This document shows, piece by piece, positions 29,509 to 40,204 of a stretch of DNA of 64,000 nucleotides. This DNA comes from an uncultured delta proteobacterium (GTDB lineage Bacteria > Desulfobacterota > Desulfuromonadia > Desulfuromonadales > BM103): contig CAVQRZ010000005.1 in assembly GCA_963715335.1 (NCBI GenBank), positions 1 through 64,000 of the forward strand, read 5' to 3'. Below the pieces are notes generated by a model that saw only the letters and a list, made by a program, of their open reading frames with translations, made no database searches and was not told where the DNA came from. Each line of letters begins with the position of its first letter. Within the stretch, counting starts at the first letter, position 1. Position numbers and translations under genes: made by a program.

Positions 29509-31026
29509 TCAATCTTGCTTTCCTGCAAGCAATGTGGTCGTCGGGCCAGTGATTATTTCAGCCCCGGATGCTTTGGCAATGCCTTTAAGCATGCCGACAA
29601 AAACCAGCCTGTGAAAAGGCAGGACCGAGTACCAGTATAGCAGGCCCAGCAAGCCGCGCGGTTTATAACGTGCGCATTGGCGGACTTCCGTGGTGCCATC
29701 GAAACACTCGGTAAGGATCAGTTCCAGAACAGCCTCACCGGGAAGCTTCATTTCGGCAACCAGCTTCAACCGGTGGCCGGGGTCAACGGCCAGCACTCTC
29801 CAGAAATCGAGGGCATCCCCGGCTTGTACTTCAGCCGGGTCGCGGCGACCGCGACCAAGACCCGGGCCACCGACCAGTCTGTCCATCCAGCCCCGCAGGT
29901 GCCAGAGCCAGTCGGCATAGTACCAGCCGGTCTTGCCGCCAATCCCGATCACCGCCGGCCAGAGCTTTTCGGCGGCGGCCTTGACCAGCATCCGTCGATC
30001 ATCCTTGAAAATCGTACCGCCCGCCCAGTCAGGGTCTTGCTCAGTGCTCCATTCCAGAGGTGCCACAGCCCCGGCATCGGTCCAGGACGTTTCGACCTGC
30101 TGCAGCCGTAATTTTTCCAGTGCAAACCGGATGGCCTGCCGACAATCAAGCAGGTTTTGAGGAATGACTGCCCTGATCCGGTTGTCTTTGCACAAAACCG
30201 GGTTCCGCAAACCTTCTGCCAGCGGGCGGGCCAAGGCGGCCGGTACCGGCGTAACCAGATGAATCCAGTAGGAGGAAAGTCTCGGGGTCAACACCGGCAC
30301 CGGAATGATCAGACGTTTTGTCAATCCGGCCTCCTCCGCATAAAGACGCATCAGGTCACAGTAAGTGACAACTTCCTCGGTGCCGATGTCATAAGTCTCG
30401 CCAATCGTCTCCGGACAGTCCAGGCAGGCGACCAGATAGTGCAGAACATTGCGCACGGCAATCGGCTGGCATTCGGTGAATATCCATTTCGGCGTCACCA
30501 TCACCGGCAGGCGTTCGACCAGGTAACGCAGGATTTCAAAGGAAGCGCTTCCGGAGCCGATAATCATGGCAGCCCTGAGCGTTGTGACCGGCACATTGCC
30601 GGAGCGCAGGACCTGTTCGACCTCCCGGCGCGATTTGAGATGATGGCTCAACTCGACGTGCTCTTCACCAAGCCCGGCCAGGTAGATGATGCGACCGACA
30701 TCGGCTCTTTCCGCGGCCGCCACCATATTCCTGGCAGCGATTCGATCGGCCTCGGCAAAATCTCCAACATTCCGGTTCATCGAGTGGACCAGGTAATAAA
30801 CAACCTGACATCCTGAGACCGCTCTCTCGAGAGATTCCGTGTCAAACACGTCGCCGAATGTCGTCTCGACACCCGCGTGACTGCTCCAGCGCCTGCCTTT
30901 GAGCTTGTTCAGGTTCCGACCGATCGCACGCACCTTAAACCCGGATTCAAGCAGCTTCGGCACGAGCCGGGCGCCGATGTAGCCAGTGGCCCCGAGGACG
31001 GCGACAGAAATCTGTTCTTGATTCAT
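29509..31026 (-). CDS. Atypical SDR oxidoreductase with C-terminal DUF2867-like domain (YbjT-like)
   Basis: GATGYIG, YYLVHSM, IGSGSASFE, AEMKLPG, GLLGLLYWY. Confidence 0.88.
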   Translation of the reverse strand: MNQEQISVAVLGATGYIGARLVPKLLESGFKVRAIGRNLNKLKGRRWSSHAGVETTFGDVFDTESLERAVSGCQVVYYLVHSMNRNVGDFAEADRIAARNMVAAAERADVGRIIYLAGLGEEHVELSHHLKSRREVEQVLRSGNVPVTTLRAAMIIGSGSASFEILRYLVERLPVMVTPKWIFTECQPIAVRNVLHYLVACLDCPETIGETYDIGTEEVVTYCDLMRLYAEEAGLTKRLIIPVPVLTPRLSSYWIHLVTPVPAALARPLAEGLRNPVLCKDNRIRAVIPQNLLDCRQAIRFALEKLRLQQVETSWTDAGAVAPLEWSTEQDPDWAGGTIFKDDRRMLVKAAAEKLWPAVIGIGGKTGWYYADWLWHLRGWMDRLVGGPGLGRGRRDPAEVQAGDALDFWRVLAVDPGHRLKLVAEMKLPGEAVLELILTECFDGTTEVRQCARYKPRGLLGLLYWYSVLPFHRLVFVGMLKGIAKASGAEIITGPTTTLLAGKQD

Positions 31027-31179
31027 GGATATTCACCTCACTCGCACATCCTAAACCATAAAGGCCTTTGTGGAAACACGTGAACTGTCACCGGCCTTTT
31101 TACCTTTCAATGGAGTCGGCAATCAATTAGTCTCTGTTTATACCACCAAACACTAATTATTCAAACTGGGGAGCAGACC

Positions 31180-31551
31180 ATGATCTCTGAAAAATTGCTT
31201 GAAATGCTCAAGAAGGACGGCATAGTCGCGCTTGCAACGCTTGGCAAGGATGGTCCTCATATGGTCAATACCTGGAATACTTATGTCCGCATCTCACCGG
31301 AAGGGCGTTTTCTGATTCCGGCAGGCTATATGCACAAGACAGAAGAAAACATCAAATATAACCCTGAGGTGTTAATCACAATTGCAAGCAGCAAGGTCAA
31401 AGGTTTGCACGGCGCTGGAGCCGGTTTCTTAATCAGGGGCAAAGCCGAATTTGTGACTTCCGGGCCTGATTATGACGTCCTGAAAGAGAAGTTTAGTTGG
31501 CTAAGAGCGACGGTTGCCGTTACAATTGATTCCGCCACTCAGACTTGGTGA
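31180..31551 (+). CDS. FMN-binding split-barrel protein (pyridoxamine 5'-phosphate oxidase-like)
   Basis: [29 protein letters not shown]; resembles the Desulfovibrio FMN-binding protein family. Confidence 0.85.
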   Translation: MISEKLLEMLKKDGIVALATLGKDGPHMVNTWNTYVRISPEGRFLIPAGYMHKTEENIKYNPEVLITIASSKVKGLHGAGAGFLIRGKAEFVTSGPDYDVLKEKFSWLRATVAVTIDSATQTW

Positions 31552-31609
31552 CGTGTTCCAGTCTCAGATTAAATCACTTTTACAGCCTCTCGTTTCAAGG
31601 AGTATTATC

Positions 31610-31786
31610 ATGGATGTTACAGAAAAAGTTTTAGAAGTTATGCGCGCCGAGGGCCAGCCCCTCAATGCCGGGAAGATTGCTGAACTGGGAAATCTCGACA
31701 GAAAAGCTGTTGATAAAGCAATGGCACAATTAAAAAAGGAAGAAAAGATCGTTTCGCCGAAGCGTTGTTATTGGATTCCGGCTTAA
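31610..31786 (+). CDS. Small winged-HTH protein (58 aa)
   Basis: [48 protein letters not shown]. Confidence 0.8.
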   Translation: MDVTEKVLEVMRAEGQPLNAGKIAELGNLDRKAVDKAMAQLKKEEKIVSPKRCYWIPA

Positions 31787-32005
31787 ACGCAACACCGTTC
31801 TGCATCCGATTGCTGTCAAGACTTCGAATACGGCCTAACCACGTTTGATTTTCGTTGGTTAGGTCGTTCTGTATTTAGAGCCAGGACTTCCTAAAGGGAT
31901 TGTCGAAGTTCAGATTAGACTGGCAACAGTGCACTGTTTTCAACGCTGATTGCTGGTTATTAGCGCGTTGATCCGAGAATATTTTCAACCATAAAATCCA
32001 AACAC

Positions 32006-32035
32006 AAAAAAAGGGCGACCCACAGGGCCGCCCTT
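32006..32035 (-). terminator. Terminator of frdCAB
   Basis: GGGCGGCCC-TGT-GGGTCGCCC followed by T7 on the minus strand. Confidence 0.85.
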
Positions 32036-32059
32036 CAACCATTATTGGAACATGTCAGG

Positions 32060-32800
32060 TTACTTGATCAGCGCCTTCATGTATTCACGGTTTAGCTTGG
32101 CAATGAACTTGACATCCACGCCTTTCGGACAGGAAGCCTGGCACTCGTAGTGGTTGGAGCAGTTGCCAAAACCATTTTCCTTGGCTACTTCAGTCATCGC
32201 GTTGACGCGGCGCGCGGCTTCGATCTTGCCCTGCGGAAGAACCGCAAGTTGAGCGACTTTAGCGCTGGTGTACAGCATTGCCGAGCTGTTCGGACAGGAA
32301 GCAACACAGGCCCCACAACCGATGCACTCGGCGGCGTCCATGGAATAATCAGCTTCCGGCTTGCCAACCAGGATGGCATTTGCATCGGCCACGCCACCGG
32401 TGTGGCAGGAGGTATAACCGCCAGCCTGCATGATCTTCTCCAGGCTGCCACGATCAACGACCAGGTCTTTGATCACCGGGAAGGCGCGGGCCTTCCAGGG
32501 CTCGATGAAGATTTCGTCACCGTCGTTAAATTCCCGCATATGCAGCTGGCAGACCGTGGTCCGCTCCATGCCACCGTGAGGAACACCGTTGATGACTTGT
32601 GAACACATCCCGCAGATCCCTTCGCGGCAATCGTGATCGAAAGCAACGACATCCTTGCCTGCTACAGCCAAAGCCTGATTGACGTCGTCGAGCATCTCCA
32701 GAAACGACTGGTCGGGACTAACATCAGGGGCATCGATAGTCTCAAGTCGTCCTTTATCATTGGGGCCGTTCTGGCGCCATACGTGAAGTTTGAGTTTCAT
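32060..32800 (-). CDS. frdB: Succinate dehydrogenase/fumarate reductase Fe-S subunit
   Basis: CREGICGMC, CIGCGACVASC, CSNHYECQASCP. Confidence 0.96.
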   Translation of the reverse strand: MKLKLHVWRQNGPNDKGRLETIDAPDVSPDQSFLEMLDDVNQALAVAGKDVVAFDHDCREGICGMCSQVINGVPHGGMERTTVCQLHMREFNDGDEIFIEPWKARAFPVIKDLVVDRGSLEKIMQAGGYTSCHTGGVADANAILVGKPEADYSMDAAECIGCGACVASCPNSSAMLYTSAKVAQLAVLPQGKIEAARRVNAMTEVAKENGFGNCSNHYECQASCPKGVDVKFIAKLNREYMKALIK

Positions 32801-34716
32801 TATTTGTAACTCCTTACGGCAAGTTTGACATTTTCAAACTTCAAAGGCTCTTTGTGCAGTTCGGGCTCGACACCCGCGCCTTTGAATTCCCAGGCAGCGA
32901 CATAACAGAAATCCTCGTCGTTACGCATCGCTTCGCCATCTTCGGTCTGGTGCTCGGTCCGGAAGTGGCCACCGCAGGACTCCTCACGGTTGAGTGCGTC
33001 CTTGGTGAGGATTTCGGCGAATTCGATGAAGTCGGCCAGGCGACCGGCGTTCTCGAGTTCCTGGTTGAACTGCTCATTGGTGCCAACCACTTTGAGGTTG
33101 CTCCAGAATTCCTCACGGATTTCCGGGATACGCTTGAGAGCTTCCTTGAGACTGGCATCGCTACGGGCCATGCCGACGTGCTCCCACATGACCTTGCCGA
33201 GTTCACGGTGCAGCTCGGAAGGCGTTTTGCTGCCGTTGATCGAGAGCATTTTATCGATGTTGGCCTTAACTTCCTCGGCAGACTTCTTGAACTCGGCGTG
33301 GTCGGCCTTGACTTCGCCGGGTTTCACAGTCGCCAGGTAGTTGGCGATGGTGTAGGGAATAACAAAGTAGCCGTCAGCCAGACCCTGCATCAGTGCCGAG
33401 GCACCGAGACGGTTGGCGCCGTGCACGGAGAAGTTGGCTTCACCGAGAACAAACAGGCCGGGGACGTTGCTCATGCAGTTGTAATCGACCCAGAGACCGC
33501 CCATGGAATAGTGCGGCGCGGGGTAGATACGCATCGGCTGTTTGTAACCGTCTTCGGCTGTAATCTTCTCGTACATCTCGAACAAGTTGCCGTAACGCTC
33601 ACGAATCGTGTCTTCACCGAGGCGTTTGATCGAATCGGCAAAGTCGAGGTAAACACCGCGCTTGCCGGGACCGACACCACGTTCGTCGTCGCACTGCTCT
33701 TTGGCTGCACGGGAAGCGATATCACGCGGGGCCAGGTTGCCGAAGGACGGATACTTGCGTTCCAGGTAATAATCGCGGTCTTCGTCAGCAATGTCACCGG
33801 CCGGCTTCTCGCAATCTTCGACCTTCTTGGGGACCCAGCAGCGACCATCGTTACGCAGCGACTCGGACATCAGGGTCAGCTTCGACTGATGCTCGCCGTG
33901 CTGCGGGATACAGGTTGGGTGAATCTGGGTGTAGCAAGGGTTCGCCATGTAAGCGCCCTTCCTGGCGGCCTTCCAGACGGCGGTCGCACTACAACCCATA
34001 GCGTTGGTGGAAAGGTAGAAAACATTGACGTAGCCGCCGGTTGCCAGGATGACAGCATCACCCCAGTAGGGCTCGATTTCACCGGTAACCATGTTGCGGC
34101 AGGTAATCCCCCTGGCAACTCCGTCAACCACGACCAGGTCGAGCATCTCACGACGCTCATAGAGCTTGACCGTGCCGGCCTTGATCTGGCGGGACAGGGC
34201 CGAGTAGGCACCGAGCAGCAACTGCTGGCCGGTCTGACCGCGGGCGTAGAAGGTACGGGAAACCTGGGCGCCGCCGAAAGAGCGGTTGTCCAGGTAACCG
34301 GCATAATCGCGGGCGAATGGCACGCCCTGGGCGACACACTGGTCGATGATGTTGTTCGACACCTGGGCCAGACGCCAGACGTCGGCTTCACGGGCGCGGA
34401 AGTCGCCACCCTTGATGGTGTCGTAGAACAGGCGGTAGACCGAGTCACCGTCGTTCGGATAGTTCTTGGCTGCGTTGATGCCGCCCTGCGCTGCGATCGA
34501 ATGGGCGCGGCGGGCGCTATCCTGGTAGCAGAAAGCTTCAACATTGTAGCCGAGTTCACCCAGGGAAGCCGCAGCGGCACCACCGGCAAGGCCGGTTCCG
34601 ACGCAGAGGATTTTGTACTTACGTTTATTGGCAGGATTCACCAGCTTCGACTCGAAGCGGTGGCGATCCCATGAAGTTTCAATTGGTCCGGTAGGACATT
34701 TGCCATCGAGTATCAT
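32800..34716 (-). CDS. frdA: Succinate dehydrogenase/fumarate reductase flavoprotein
   Basis: [37 protein letters not shown]. Confidence 0.97.
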   Translation of the reverse strand: MILDGKCPTGPIETSWDRHRFESKLVNPANKRKYKILCVGTGLAGGAAAASLGELGYNVEAFCYQDSARRAHSIAAQGGINAAKNYPNDGDSVYRLFYDTIKGGDFRAREADVWRLAQVSNNIIDQCVAQGVPFARDYAGYLDNRSFGGAQVSRTFYARGQTGQQLLLGAYSALSRQIKAGTVKLYERREMLDLVVVDGVARGITCRNMVTGEIEPYWGDAVILATGGYVNVFYLSTNAMGCSATAVWKAARKGAYMANPCYTQIHPTCIPQHGEHQSKLTLMSESLRNDGRCWVPKKVEDCEKPAGDIADEDRDYYLERKYPSFGNLAPRDIASRAAKEQCDDERGVGPGKRGVYLDFADSIKRLGEDTIRERYGNLFEMYEKITAEDGYKQPMRIYPAPHYSMGGLWVDYNCMSNVPGLFVLGEANFSVHGANRLGASALMQGLADGYFVIPYTIANYLATVKPGEVKADHAEFKKSAEEVKANIDKMLSINGSKTPSELHRELGKVMWEHVGMARSDASLKEALKRIPEIREEFWSNLKVVGTNEQFNQELENAGRLADFIEFAEILTKDALNREESCGGHFRTEHQTEDGEAMRNDEDFCYVAAWEFKGAGVEPELHKEPLKFENVKLAVRSYK

Positions 34717-34728
34717 TGAGTCGACCCC

Positions 34729-35397
34729 CTATATCCTTACGCAGCCGAAGACGATCAGCAGCGGAATTGAGATGTAACCCAGTAGGAGGACAACAGCAAC
34801 CAGTTTGCTGAGTAGTCCCATGACCGGAAGTGATTTGTCATTGCTCAAGCCAATAGTCTGGAAAAAGCTCTGGAAGCCATGGCCAACGTGCAGGAAGAGA
34901 AAGCACATTGCAATAACATAGGCCGCGACAGGCAGTGCGCTCTTAAAACCCTGAACCACCATGGTGTAGACATTGACCATTTGAGTTGCTTCGTTCATCT
35001 CGTAGACCCCCATGCCGGGCACCCTAACGGTGAAGTGCAGCAGGTGGTAGATGACGAATGCCAGCAGGAGCAACCCTGAGATGATCATGGTTTCGGCGCC
35101 GAAACCGGTCTTCAGGCGTTTAACCTGGACGTTTTTCTCGGGTGTGGCTGCCTTGTTTTCCAAGGTCAGCTGGATCCCGAAAAAGATGTGAATGGCAAAA
35201 GCCGCCAGCATAACGAGCCGGAAGACCCAGACGAATGGTCCGAGACTGTGCAGCTTCTGCGCGTAAGCGTTGATTGCGTCGGCACCTACAAACAGGGACG
35301 AGTTGCCCAGCAGGTGCACACAAACAAACGCGACCAACACGATGCCGGTAACGGCCATGATGATCTTTCTGCCCACAGAACTTTGCGTCAGTTGCAT
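34729..35397 (-). CDS. frdC: Succinate dehydrogenase/fumarate reductase cytochrome b subunit
   Basis: SSVGRKIIMAVTG, HLLGN, 5 TM with heme-ligand His residues. Confidence 0.94.
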   Translation of the reverse strand: MQLTQSSVGRKIIMAVTGIVLVAFVCVHLLGNSSLFVGADAINAYAQKLHSLGPFVWVFRLVMLAAFAIHIFFGIQLTLENKAATPEKNVQVKRLKTGFGAETMIISGLLLLAFVIYHLLHFTVRVPGMGVYEMNEATQMVNVYTMVVQGFKSALPVAAYVIAMCFLFLHVGHGFQSFFQTIGLSNDKSLPVMGLLSKLVAVVLLLGYISIPLLIVFGCVRI

Positions 35398-35621
35398 GAT
35401 TTTGATCCCTTACTCAAAGTGTGTTGTGATAAAAACCCGAAATGGAGACCTGTTCAAGAACCGGCCAAGACCGGCACGACAGACACAAGCAAGACAACGC
35501 GTCTTGCCACGACCCACCGAGGAGGTCCCCGCCAACGACTTGACAAACCCATACTGATGTCCCTTGTCGCCTTGCACCGGCTCGAGGGTACTTCTCTCTC
35601 GCGACCCGGCGCACATAACAC

Positions 35622-35652
35622 TGCATACTGTATACAAGACCTCCGTATACTA
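35622..35652. promoter_or_regulatory. Tandem GTATAC operator-like sites upstream of frdCAB
   Basis: TGCATAC, TGTATACA (palindrome 35629-35636), CGTATAC. Confidence 0.55.
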
Positions 35653-35729
35653 AACACCGTTTGAAAAAAAATAAAGTAAAATTTTCCAAGAAAACGGCTT
35701 TAAGGATTTTTTCGAAAGGATGACTGAAT

Positions 35730-36326
35730 TTACGTCGGCGGAGCCGTGAGGAAGTTGACGAGTTGGTGCAGGGCCTGGCCGCGATGGCTGACCTGGTTCT
35801 TCGTATCGAGAGGCAGTTCCGCCATTGTACAGCTATAGTCGGGCAGCCAGAAAAGCGGGTCGTAACCGAAGCCACCGGCACCCCGCTCCTGCTCAAGGAT
35901 CAGGCCATCGACCCTGCCTGCAAAAAGGCGCGGCGACTGGCCCGGCATGCACATGGCCATGACGCAGCAGAACGATGCCTGGCGCTGACTTTTCGGGACT
36001 CTGGCCATTGCTTCGAGAAGTTTGCGATTATTGCTCTGATCATCGGCATCGGCGCCGGAGAAACGCGCCGAATGCACGCCCGGACGGCCCTGCAACGCAT
36101 CGACAACCAGGCCGGAATCATCAGCCAGGCAGGGCAAAGCCGTAAATTGTGCAATCGCTTGCGCTTTTTTTACTGCATTCTCCGCAAAGGTGTCGCCATC
36201 TTCCACGACCTCCGGGGCATCGGGGAAAGCTTCAAGGCCCAGGATCCTGAAGCCCTGAGACTCCAGCAGGCGACGAATCTCCTTGAGCTTGCCCGCATTC
36301 CGGGTCGCCACGACCAGCTCCATCAT
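35730..36326 (-). CDS. rdgB: XTP/dITP diphosphatase
   Basis: [25 protein letters not shown]. Confidence 0.96.
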   Translation of the reverse strand: MMELVVATRNAGKLKEIRRLLESQGFRILGLEAFPDAPEVVEDGDTFAENAVKKAQAIAQFTALPCLADDSGLVVDALQGRPGVHSARFSGADADDQSNNRKLLEAMARVPKSQRQASFCCVMAMCMPGQSPRLFAGRVDGLILEQERGAGGFGYDPLFWLPDYSCTMAELPLDTKNQVSHRGQALHQLVNFLTAPPT

Positions 36327-37060
36327 GACTGGCTTCTTGCCTCGATCTGCAAACGGGTCAATTCTCGACAGCCTTCTTCAGCCAGGGACCTGAGAGCATC
36401 CAGCTCGGCGTGACTGAAAGGCTCTGCCTCCGCGGTGCCCTGCACTTCGACAAATCTGCCGTCGCCGGTCATGACAAAGTTCATGTCCACGCTGGCCTCA
36501 GAGTCCTCGACGTAGTCGAGGTCGAGCACCGCCCGGCCATCGACAATCCCGCAACTGATTGCGGCGACGCTGCCGATCAGCGGTGATTTCTGGAGCACGT
36601 TGTCAGCGAGCAACTTGTCAACAGCGTCAGCGAGTGCGATCCACGAACCGGTAATTGCTGCCGTCCGGGTGCCGCCATCAGCTTGCAGTACATCGCAGTC
36701 GACGACAATCGTGCGTTCGCCAAGAAGTTCAAAATCGACTATCGCTCGCAGCGCCCGACCGATCAGACGCTGGATCTCCATGGTGCGGCCACCGAGCTTG
36801 CCACGGGCCGCTTCCCGCGCCGAACGCGTATGGGTGGCACGGGGCAGCATGCTGTATTCAGCGGTCACCCAGCCACGCCCCTCTCCTCGCATGAAGGAAG
36901 GGACTTTCCCTTCAACAGACGCGTTGCACAGCACCCGGGTTTCACCAAAGCAGATCAGCACGGAGCCTTCGGCATAGCGGGTAAACCCCCTCTCCACCTT
37001 GAACGACCGGAGTTGGCTTGGTGCGCGACCATCATGTCGGGACAGAGAGGATGAACTCAT
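36323..37060 (-). CDS. rph: Ribonuclease PH
   Basis: [31 protein letters not shown]. Confidence 0.97.
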   Translation of the reverse strand: MSSSSLSRHDGRAPSQLRSFKVERGFTRYAEGSVLICFGETRVLCNASVEGKVPSFMRGEGRGWVTAEYSMLPRATHTRSAREAARGKLGGRTMEIQRLIGRALRAIVDFELLGERTIVVDCDVLQADGGTRTAAITGSWIALADAVDKLLADNVLQKSPLIGSVAAISCGIVDGRAVLDLDYVEDSEASVDMNFVMTGDGRFVEVQGTAEAEPFSHAELDALRSLAEEGCRELTRLQIEARSQS

Positions 37061-38136
37061 CGTGAAACTCCTGAGGATGTGGCGAAGAAAGCCTGCAGCC
37101 CTTCGAACAGGGCACGGGCAAAATCCTGTTGCCGGGCCGGGTCCTGCAATGTGATCAAATCGACACCATTGGTCAGGCTGCCCATCTCTACCAGGACACG
37201 AGGCAGGTCGCCGCGACCGAGCGGGTAAACCGGCAACTCCTTGACCTGATGGACAGCAAATCCTTTACGCTTCAACTCCTGCCGCAGAATTTCGGCAAAT
37301 TTCATACTGGAGTTCTCCTGGATCACGCCATCGGGAACGTCCCGTTCTGTCTGGGGTTGCACGTAAAGGTTGACCCCGGACGCCTCAGGAGAGAAAAAGG
37401 CCCCGGCGTGCAGCGACAGCAGCACATCGGCCTGCCCTTCGGCAACAATTTCCAGCCGACGGTCCAGATCAAGCGCATAATCACCATCGCGCGTCATGAC
37501 AACGGGTGCATCCTGATGCATCTTGAGGAGCTTTTCCAGTCGCTGGCTGACCGCCAGAGAGAGGTCTTTCTCCTTGCTGCCATCGGAGCCGAGCGAACCG
37601 GAATCTTCACCGCCGTGTGCAGGGTCAATCGAAACAACCCACTTGCTGCCATCGGCAACCGGCTCCTTTTTACGCAACAGGAAGGCGAACAACCGGTCGA
37701 GCGGATCTTCGCCGCCGGTCGGTGCAGGCGGGTTGTGGTTCCGGTAGTAGATCGGCTCGGTCAGCAACGGGGCCAATTGGCTGAGGAGGAAAACTTCCGA
37801 GACCCGCAGTTTACCATCGATAAAGCGCGGTCGATGGCTGATCGGGATGAAATTATCGCCGATTTTCAGGAATTGACTGCCCGGAGAAATAATCGCCCGG
37901 CCGTGCGGTGTGCGGATTACGTAAACATGGGCGACGGAATCCCAAGTCCCTTCCAGTTCAAGCGCGTTCAGAACATCATCGATAGAGATAAAAGCCGTCC
38001 CTTCACGAAGGTAAACATCTTCGACGATCAGCGGCTCTTTACCGGGGCGCCCGATTTCGACCAGTGCCGCGGCGTGAGAAGCGAAGACCAGCAGCAAAAG
38101 GAAGAAACTGAAGAGATGGATAGCAAAGCGGGGCAT
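37057..38136 (-). CDS. N-acetylmuramoyl-L-alanine amidase (Amidase_3)
   Basis: Signal peptide, [19 protein letters not shown]. Confidence 0.88.
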   Translation of the reverse strand: MPRFAIHLFSFFLLLLVFASHAAALVEIGRPGKEPLIVEDVYLREGTAFISIDDVLNALELEGTWDSVAHVYVIRTPHGRAIISPGSQFLKIGDNFIPISHRPRFIDGKLRVSEVFLLSQLAPLLTEPIYYRNHNPPAPTGGEDPLDRLFAFLLRKKEPVADGSKWVVSIDPAHGGEDSGSLGSDGSKEKDLSLAVSQRLEKLLKMHQDAPVVMTRDGDYALDLDRRLEIVAEGQADVLLSLHAGAFFSPEASGVNLYVQPQTERDVPDGVIQENSSMKFAEILRQELKRKGFAVHQVKELPVYPLGRGDLPRVLVEMGSLTNGVDLITLQDPARQQDFARALFEGLQAFFATSSGVSR

Positions 38137-38143
38137 GGCGCAT

Positions 38144-38172
38144 TTTATACTCCAGATGGGTGAGGCTGTCAA
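38144..38172 (-). promoter_or_regulatory. sigma70 promoter directly before the amidase ATG (likely leaderless)
   Basis: TTGACA-17 bp-TATAAA, 7 nt to ATG, no SD. Confidence 0.7.
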
Positions 38173-38193
38173 CGCGGACCTGACGACTGGCAC

Positions 38194-39244
38194 CTAACGT
38201 TTGACAAGCGGTTGCGGCTCGGTATGTTCGCGCCCCAAGGCAGCCAACAGACGCCCGGCAAGTTCGTATTCCAAGGCCCCGAGACTGCCTCGCACTGCTT
38301 CGAGCGGACGGATCTGTCCACCGGCTGTCATGCTGTGACCACCGCCGGTACCGAGCCCCTTGATGATTGTCTGCATCAGGACCCCGGCGTGGGTTTCTTG
38401 CTGACTGGTCCGTAATGAAAGGACACCCTCTTCTTTGCAACAGCCCAGACCAAGGACTATCTCGACGCCTTCAACCCTCATCAGGAAGTCGGCAATTTCG
38501 GCGACGATCTCCGGGTGATCGATGAGGTAGAGGTTGAAGATCAGGGTATTGCCGTAAATCTTGGCATTCCTGAGGCCGGTCTCAAAATACTTGAAGTAGA
38601 TTCGCGATGACTTCGGCCGGGTGATCTCGTGCAGGATGCGGTTGTTGCAGAGCGGCATCAGCTTCATATAGGCGTCGCGATCAGACTTGCTCCAGTCGCG
38701 GCCCAGGTCTTCAGTCTCTGACTTGATTGCATAGAAGAGGATCGTCGCCAGCTTGGTCGCGATCTTCACTTCCTGGGCCTGAAGGTATTCGAAAAGAATA
38801 CTTGCCGAGGCGCCATATTCGGGCCGCACATCGACCCATCGGCAAGCCTGGGTCTGTGTCCTGATCTGGTGATGATCAATGACCAGATCGATTCGCCGAC
38901 CCGCCGGGTATGAGTTGTTGCCGGTTTCCGGCTGGGTGTCAACCATGCAGACCGCATTGAACGTGTCCAGGTCAAGCTCGTCTATCGATTTCGACTTGAT
39001 TTCCAGCTGCTTGGCCATTACCAGGTTTTCACGTCGCCCGATTCCGCCACCGAACGCGATCGTCGCCGTCTGACCGGTCTTGATCAGAATCAGATGTTGC
39101 AAGGCAAATGATGCGGCGAGGGCATCAGGATCAGGGTGGTCATGGGTGACGATCAGGATCGCCCCTTTGCCGCGCAGCCATTCGATGATCCCGGTCGAGA
39201 ACTCATTCTGAATGGCTCAGGTTGCAATCAGCTTTTTGGTTCAT
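38194..39244 (-). CDS. DHH/DHHA1 phosphoesterase (NrnA-like), apparent frameshift near 39210
   Basis: THDHPDPDA upstream of the listed ORF start, VDT, IDHH, GGGH. ATG at 39244 overlaps the upstream stop but is one base out of frame. Confidence 0.82.
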
Positions 39245-39708
39245 TTGTCCAAACGTTCAAAGGCAATGGCAACAGCCGCTTGCGCCGAATCGGCGGGCAG
39301 TGTCCCGGTTACGGCCTGGGCCCCTGGCAGGACGACAACCGGCTTGCCGAGTTTGAGCCCTATTGCGGTTTCCGAAAGCGTCCCGTACTCGCCTTCAACC
39401 GCTATCAGGGCTTCAGCCGTGTGGGCAATAATCACGTTGCGGGCGTGGCCCATGTTGGTCGGAACCGCTATGGTGACAAAGGGATTGGCCGATACGCCGC
39501 CCGGCCCCGGCAGGACGCCAACGACCTCACCTCCGGCCTCGAACGCTCCCCTGGCAGCAGCTTCCATGACCCCGCCGAGCCCGCCGCAAACCAGGACCGC
39601 ACCGCGCCGGGCGATTTCGCGCCCGATTGCTTCGGCCAGGACAAGCCCGTCCGGTGAAGGCTGCGAAGCGCCGATGACACCAATGATTGTTTTTCGTCGG
39701 GTTGTCAT
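39241..39708 (-). CDS. TIGR00725 / LOG-like Rossmann-fold nucleotide-binding protein
   Basis: VCGGLGGVMEAAARGA, ARN, GEYGTLSE. Confidence 0.9.
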   Translation of the reverse strand: MTTRRKTIIGVIGASQPSPDGLVLAEAIGREIARRGAVLVCGGLGGVMEAAARGAFEAGGEVVGVLPGPGGVSANPFVTIAVPTNMGHARNVIIAHTAEALIAVEGEYGTLSETAIGLKLGKPVVVLPGAQAVTGTLPADSAQAAVAIAFERLDK

Positions 39709-39789
39709 AAAAACCAAACCATCACATGGGGCAAGGATGCAACATCAGAGGACATTAAACCCCATTCCGCATGAAAACGCAAAACTTCA

Positions 39790-40204
39790 GATTTAACCAT
39801 AGACTCTGCCAGAGTTGCGAGGACTCTCCGGCCACCATCACGCTCGGAACGTCCAGAATCGTCCATGTGAGTTCGCGCGGATATTCGAGGACTCGGGAGA
39901 AGCCATAATATGCCACGCCACGTGCCCTCCGATTTCGAACAGCGAACTACTGTCCTCGAATGCACTTTTTAGCCAGTAGAGAACTGGGTAATCTTCTAGT
40001 TTGACGTCAGAATGCTTCTCGGCGTACCAACTGCTCGCATTCGCGTTGTCGTAACCCACAGGCTTGGTCCGCGGTGCCGCTGCAACGGCTTCAGCAAAGG
40101 TCGCATATACTCCCCGCACCTCATTGACCGGTTGCAGGCGATTCCGCACGCGCTCCTGCATAGCCTGAAGGATTCGTTTGGCCGTAAGAGGCTTTCCATT
40201 GAAT
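39790..40204 (-). pseudogene. Fragment of a TIGR04325-like methyltransferase, frameshifted and 3'-truncated
   Basis: RGVYATFAEA..APRTKPVGYD, DYPVLYWL, FEIGGHV; continues in another frame as GVAYYGF...WTILDVP, then loses coherence. Confidence 0.65.

Noticed and set aside
31833..31864. GCCTAAC...GTTAGGT resembling integron attC core sites
   Set aside because: Only 32 bp, shorter than known attC sites, with no L boxes; better explained as a terminator-like hairpin.
32854..34674. 606-aa plus-strand ORF antisense to frdA
   Set aside because: Shadow ORF expected from the strong codon bias of a highly expressed GC-rich gene; no recognisable motifs. The same applies to the long antisense ORFs over pilR, pilT/pilC, feoB, the amidase and M16.
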